Shown here piece by piece: positions 63,695 to 64,000 of a DNA stretch of 64,000 nucleotides. The first letter of the stretch is position 1. Every line of letters begins with the position of its first letter. The position numbers were made by a program, and so were the translations under genes. Below the pieces are notes generated by a model, which saw only the letters and a program-made list of their open reading frames with translations, made no database searches and was not told the DNA's origin. The stretch comes from Candidatus Desulfobia pelagia (GTDB taxonomy: Bacteria; Desulfobacterota; Desulfobulbia; Desulfobulbales; SURF-16): assembly GCA_014382295.1 (NCBI GenBank), contig JACNJZ010000093.1:570-64569 (forward strand), written 5' to 3'.

Positions 63695-64000
63695 ATGGAC
63701 AGTTCCATTATTCTGCTGACTTTTACGGTTTATCTGGCAGTACTTCTTGGGATTGGGATTGCGGCCTGGAAACGTACCCATGATCTGGCTGATTATATCC
63801 TTGGTGGCAGGAAACTCGGCAGTCTCGTAGCAGCTCTGAGCGCCGGAGCTTCAGATATGAGCGGCTGGCTCCTTTTGGGTCTTCCTGGATATGCCTATGT
63901 TGCAGGTCTGGAAGCAATCTGGATAGGGATCGGGCTTCTTGTCGGGATCTGGTTCAATTGGAAACTGGTGGCAGCCAGGCTGAGGACGTATACCGAACTG
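63695..64000 (+). CDS. putP: Sodium:solute (proline) symporter, SSS family, N-terminal part truncated by window edge
   Basis: ATG at 63695. My translation is MDSSIILLTFTVYLAVLLGIGIAAWKRTHDLADYILGGRKLGSLVAALSAGASDMSGWLLLGLPGYAY..., which matches the PutP N-terminus. It is absent from the ORF track because it is partial. Confidence 0.8.
   Translation, partial: MDSSIILLTFTVYLAVLLGIGIAAWKRTHDLADYILGGRKLGSLVAALSAGASDMSGWLLLGLPGYAYVAGLEAIWIGIGLLVGIWFNWKLVAARLRTYTEL

Overview
This 64-kb chromosomal window looks like it comes from a Desulfobulbales-like sulfate reducer. That assignment is an inference from gene content: a methylmalonyl-CoA propionate pathway, many sigma-54 and c-di-GMP regulators, corrinoid methyltransferase genes and a Bat/MoxR operon. 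Coding density is high and I saw no transposase, phage gene, CRISPR array, rRNA or tRNA.

The main blocks are:
- 1-8161 (-): carboxyltransferase, epimerase, split B12 mutase plus MeaB, sucCD and prpE.
- 10.4-13.5 kb: two-component and sigma-54 regulators.
- 16.0-18.9 kb: a sigma-54-driven DUF2318/FtsX/ABC operon.
- 20.7-28.8 kb: three GGDEF proteins around ettA.
- 34.3-43.1 kb: an eight-gene MoxR/DUF58/VWA/BatCDE operon.
- The rest: glgX, a GAF-type sigma-54 activator, queH, bamD, trxBA, an AcsV-like activator plus methyl-H4folate methyltransferase, class II DAHP synthase, manB, pgi and putP.

The standout is at 28983-30968, and the ORF track misses it. A small + strand gene has a strong RBS and is interrupted by four in-frame TGA codons. 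Each TGA sits in a repeated GGSG-[TGA]-GAK module and is followed exactly 15 nt later by a SECIS-like hairpin, with compensatory stem changes between copies. A radical SAM/SPASM enzyme follows directly. I read this as a multi-core, four-selenocysteine RiPP precursor with a selenobiotic-type (SbtA/SbtM-like) maturase.

Several unusual intergenic repeat families are also present.
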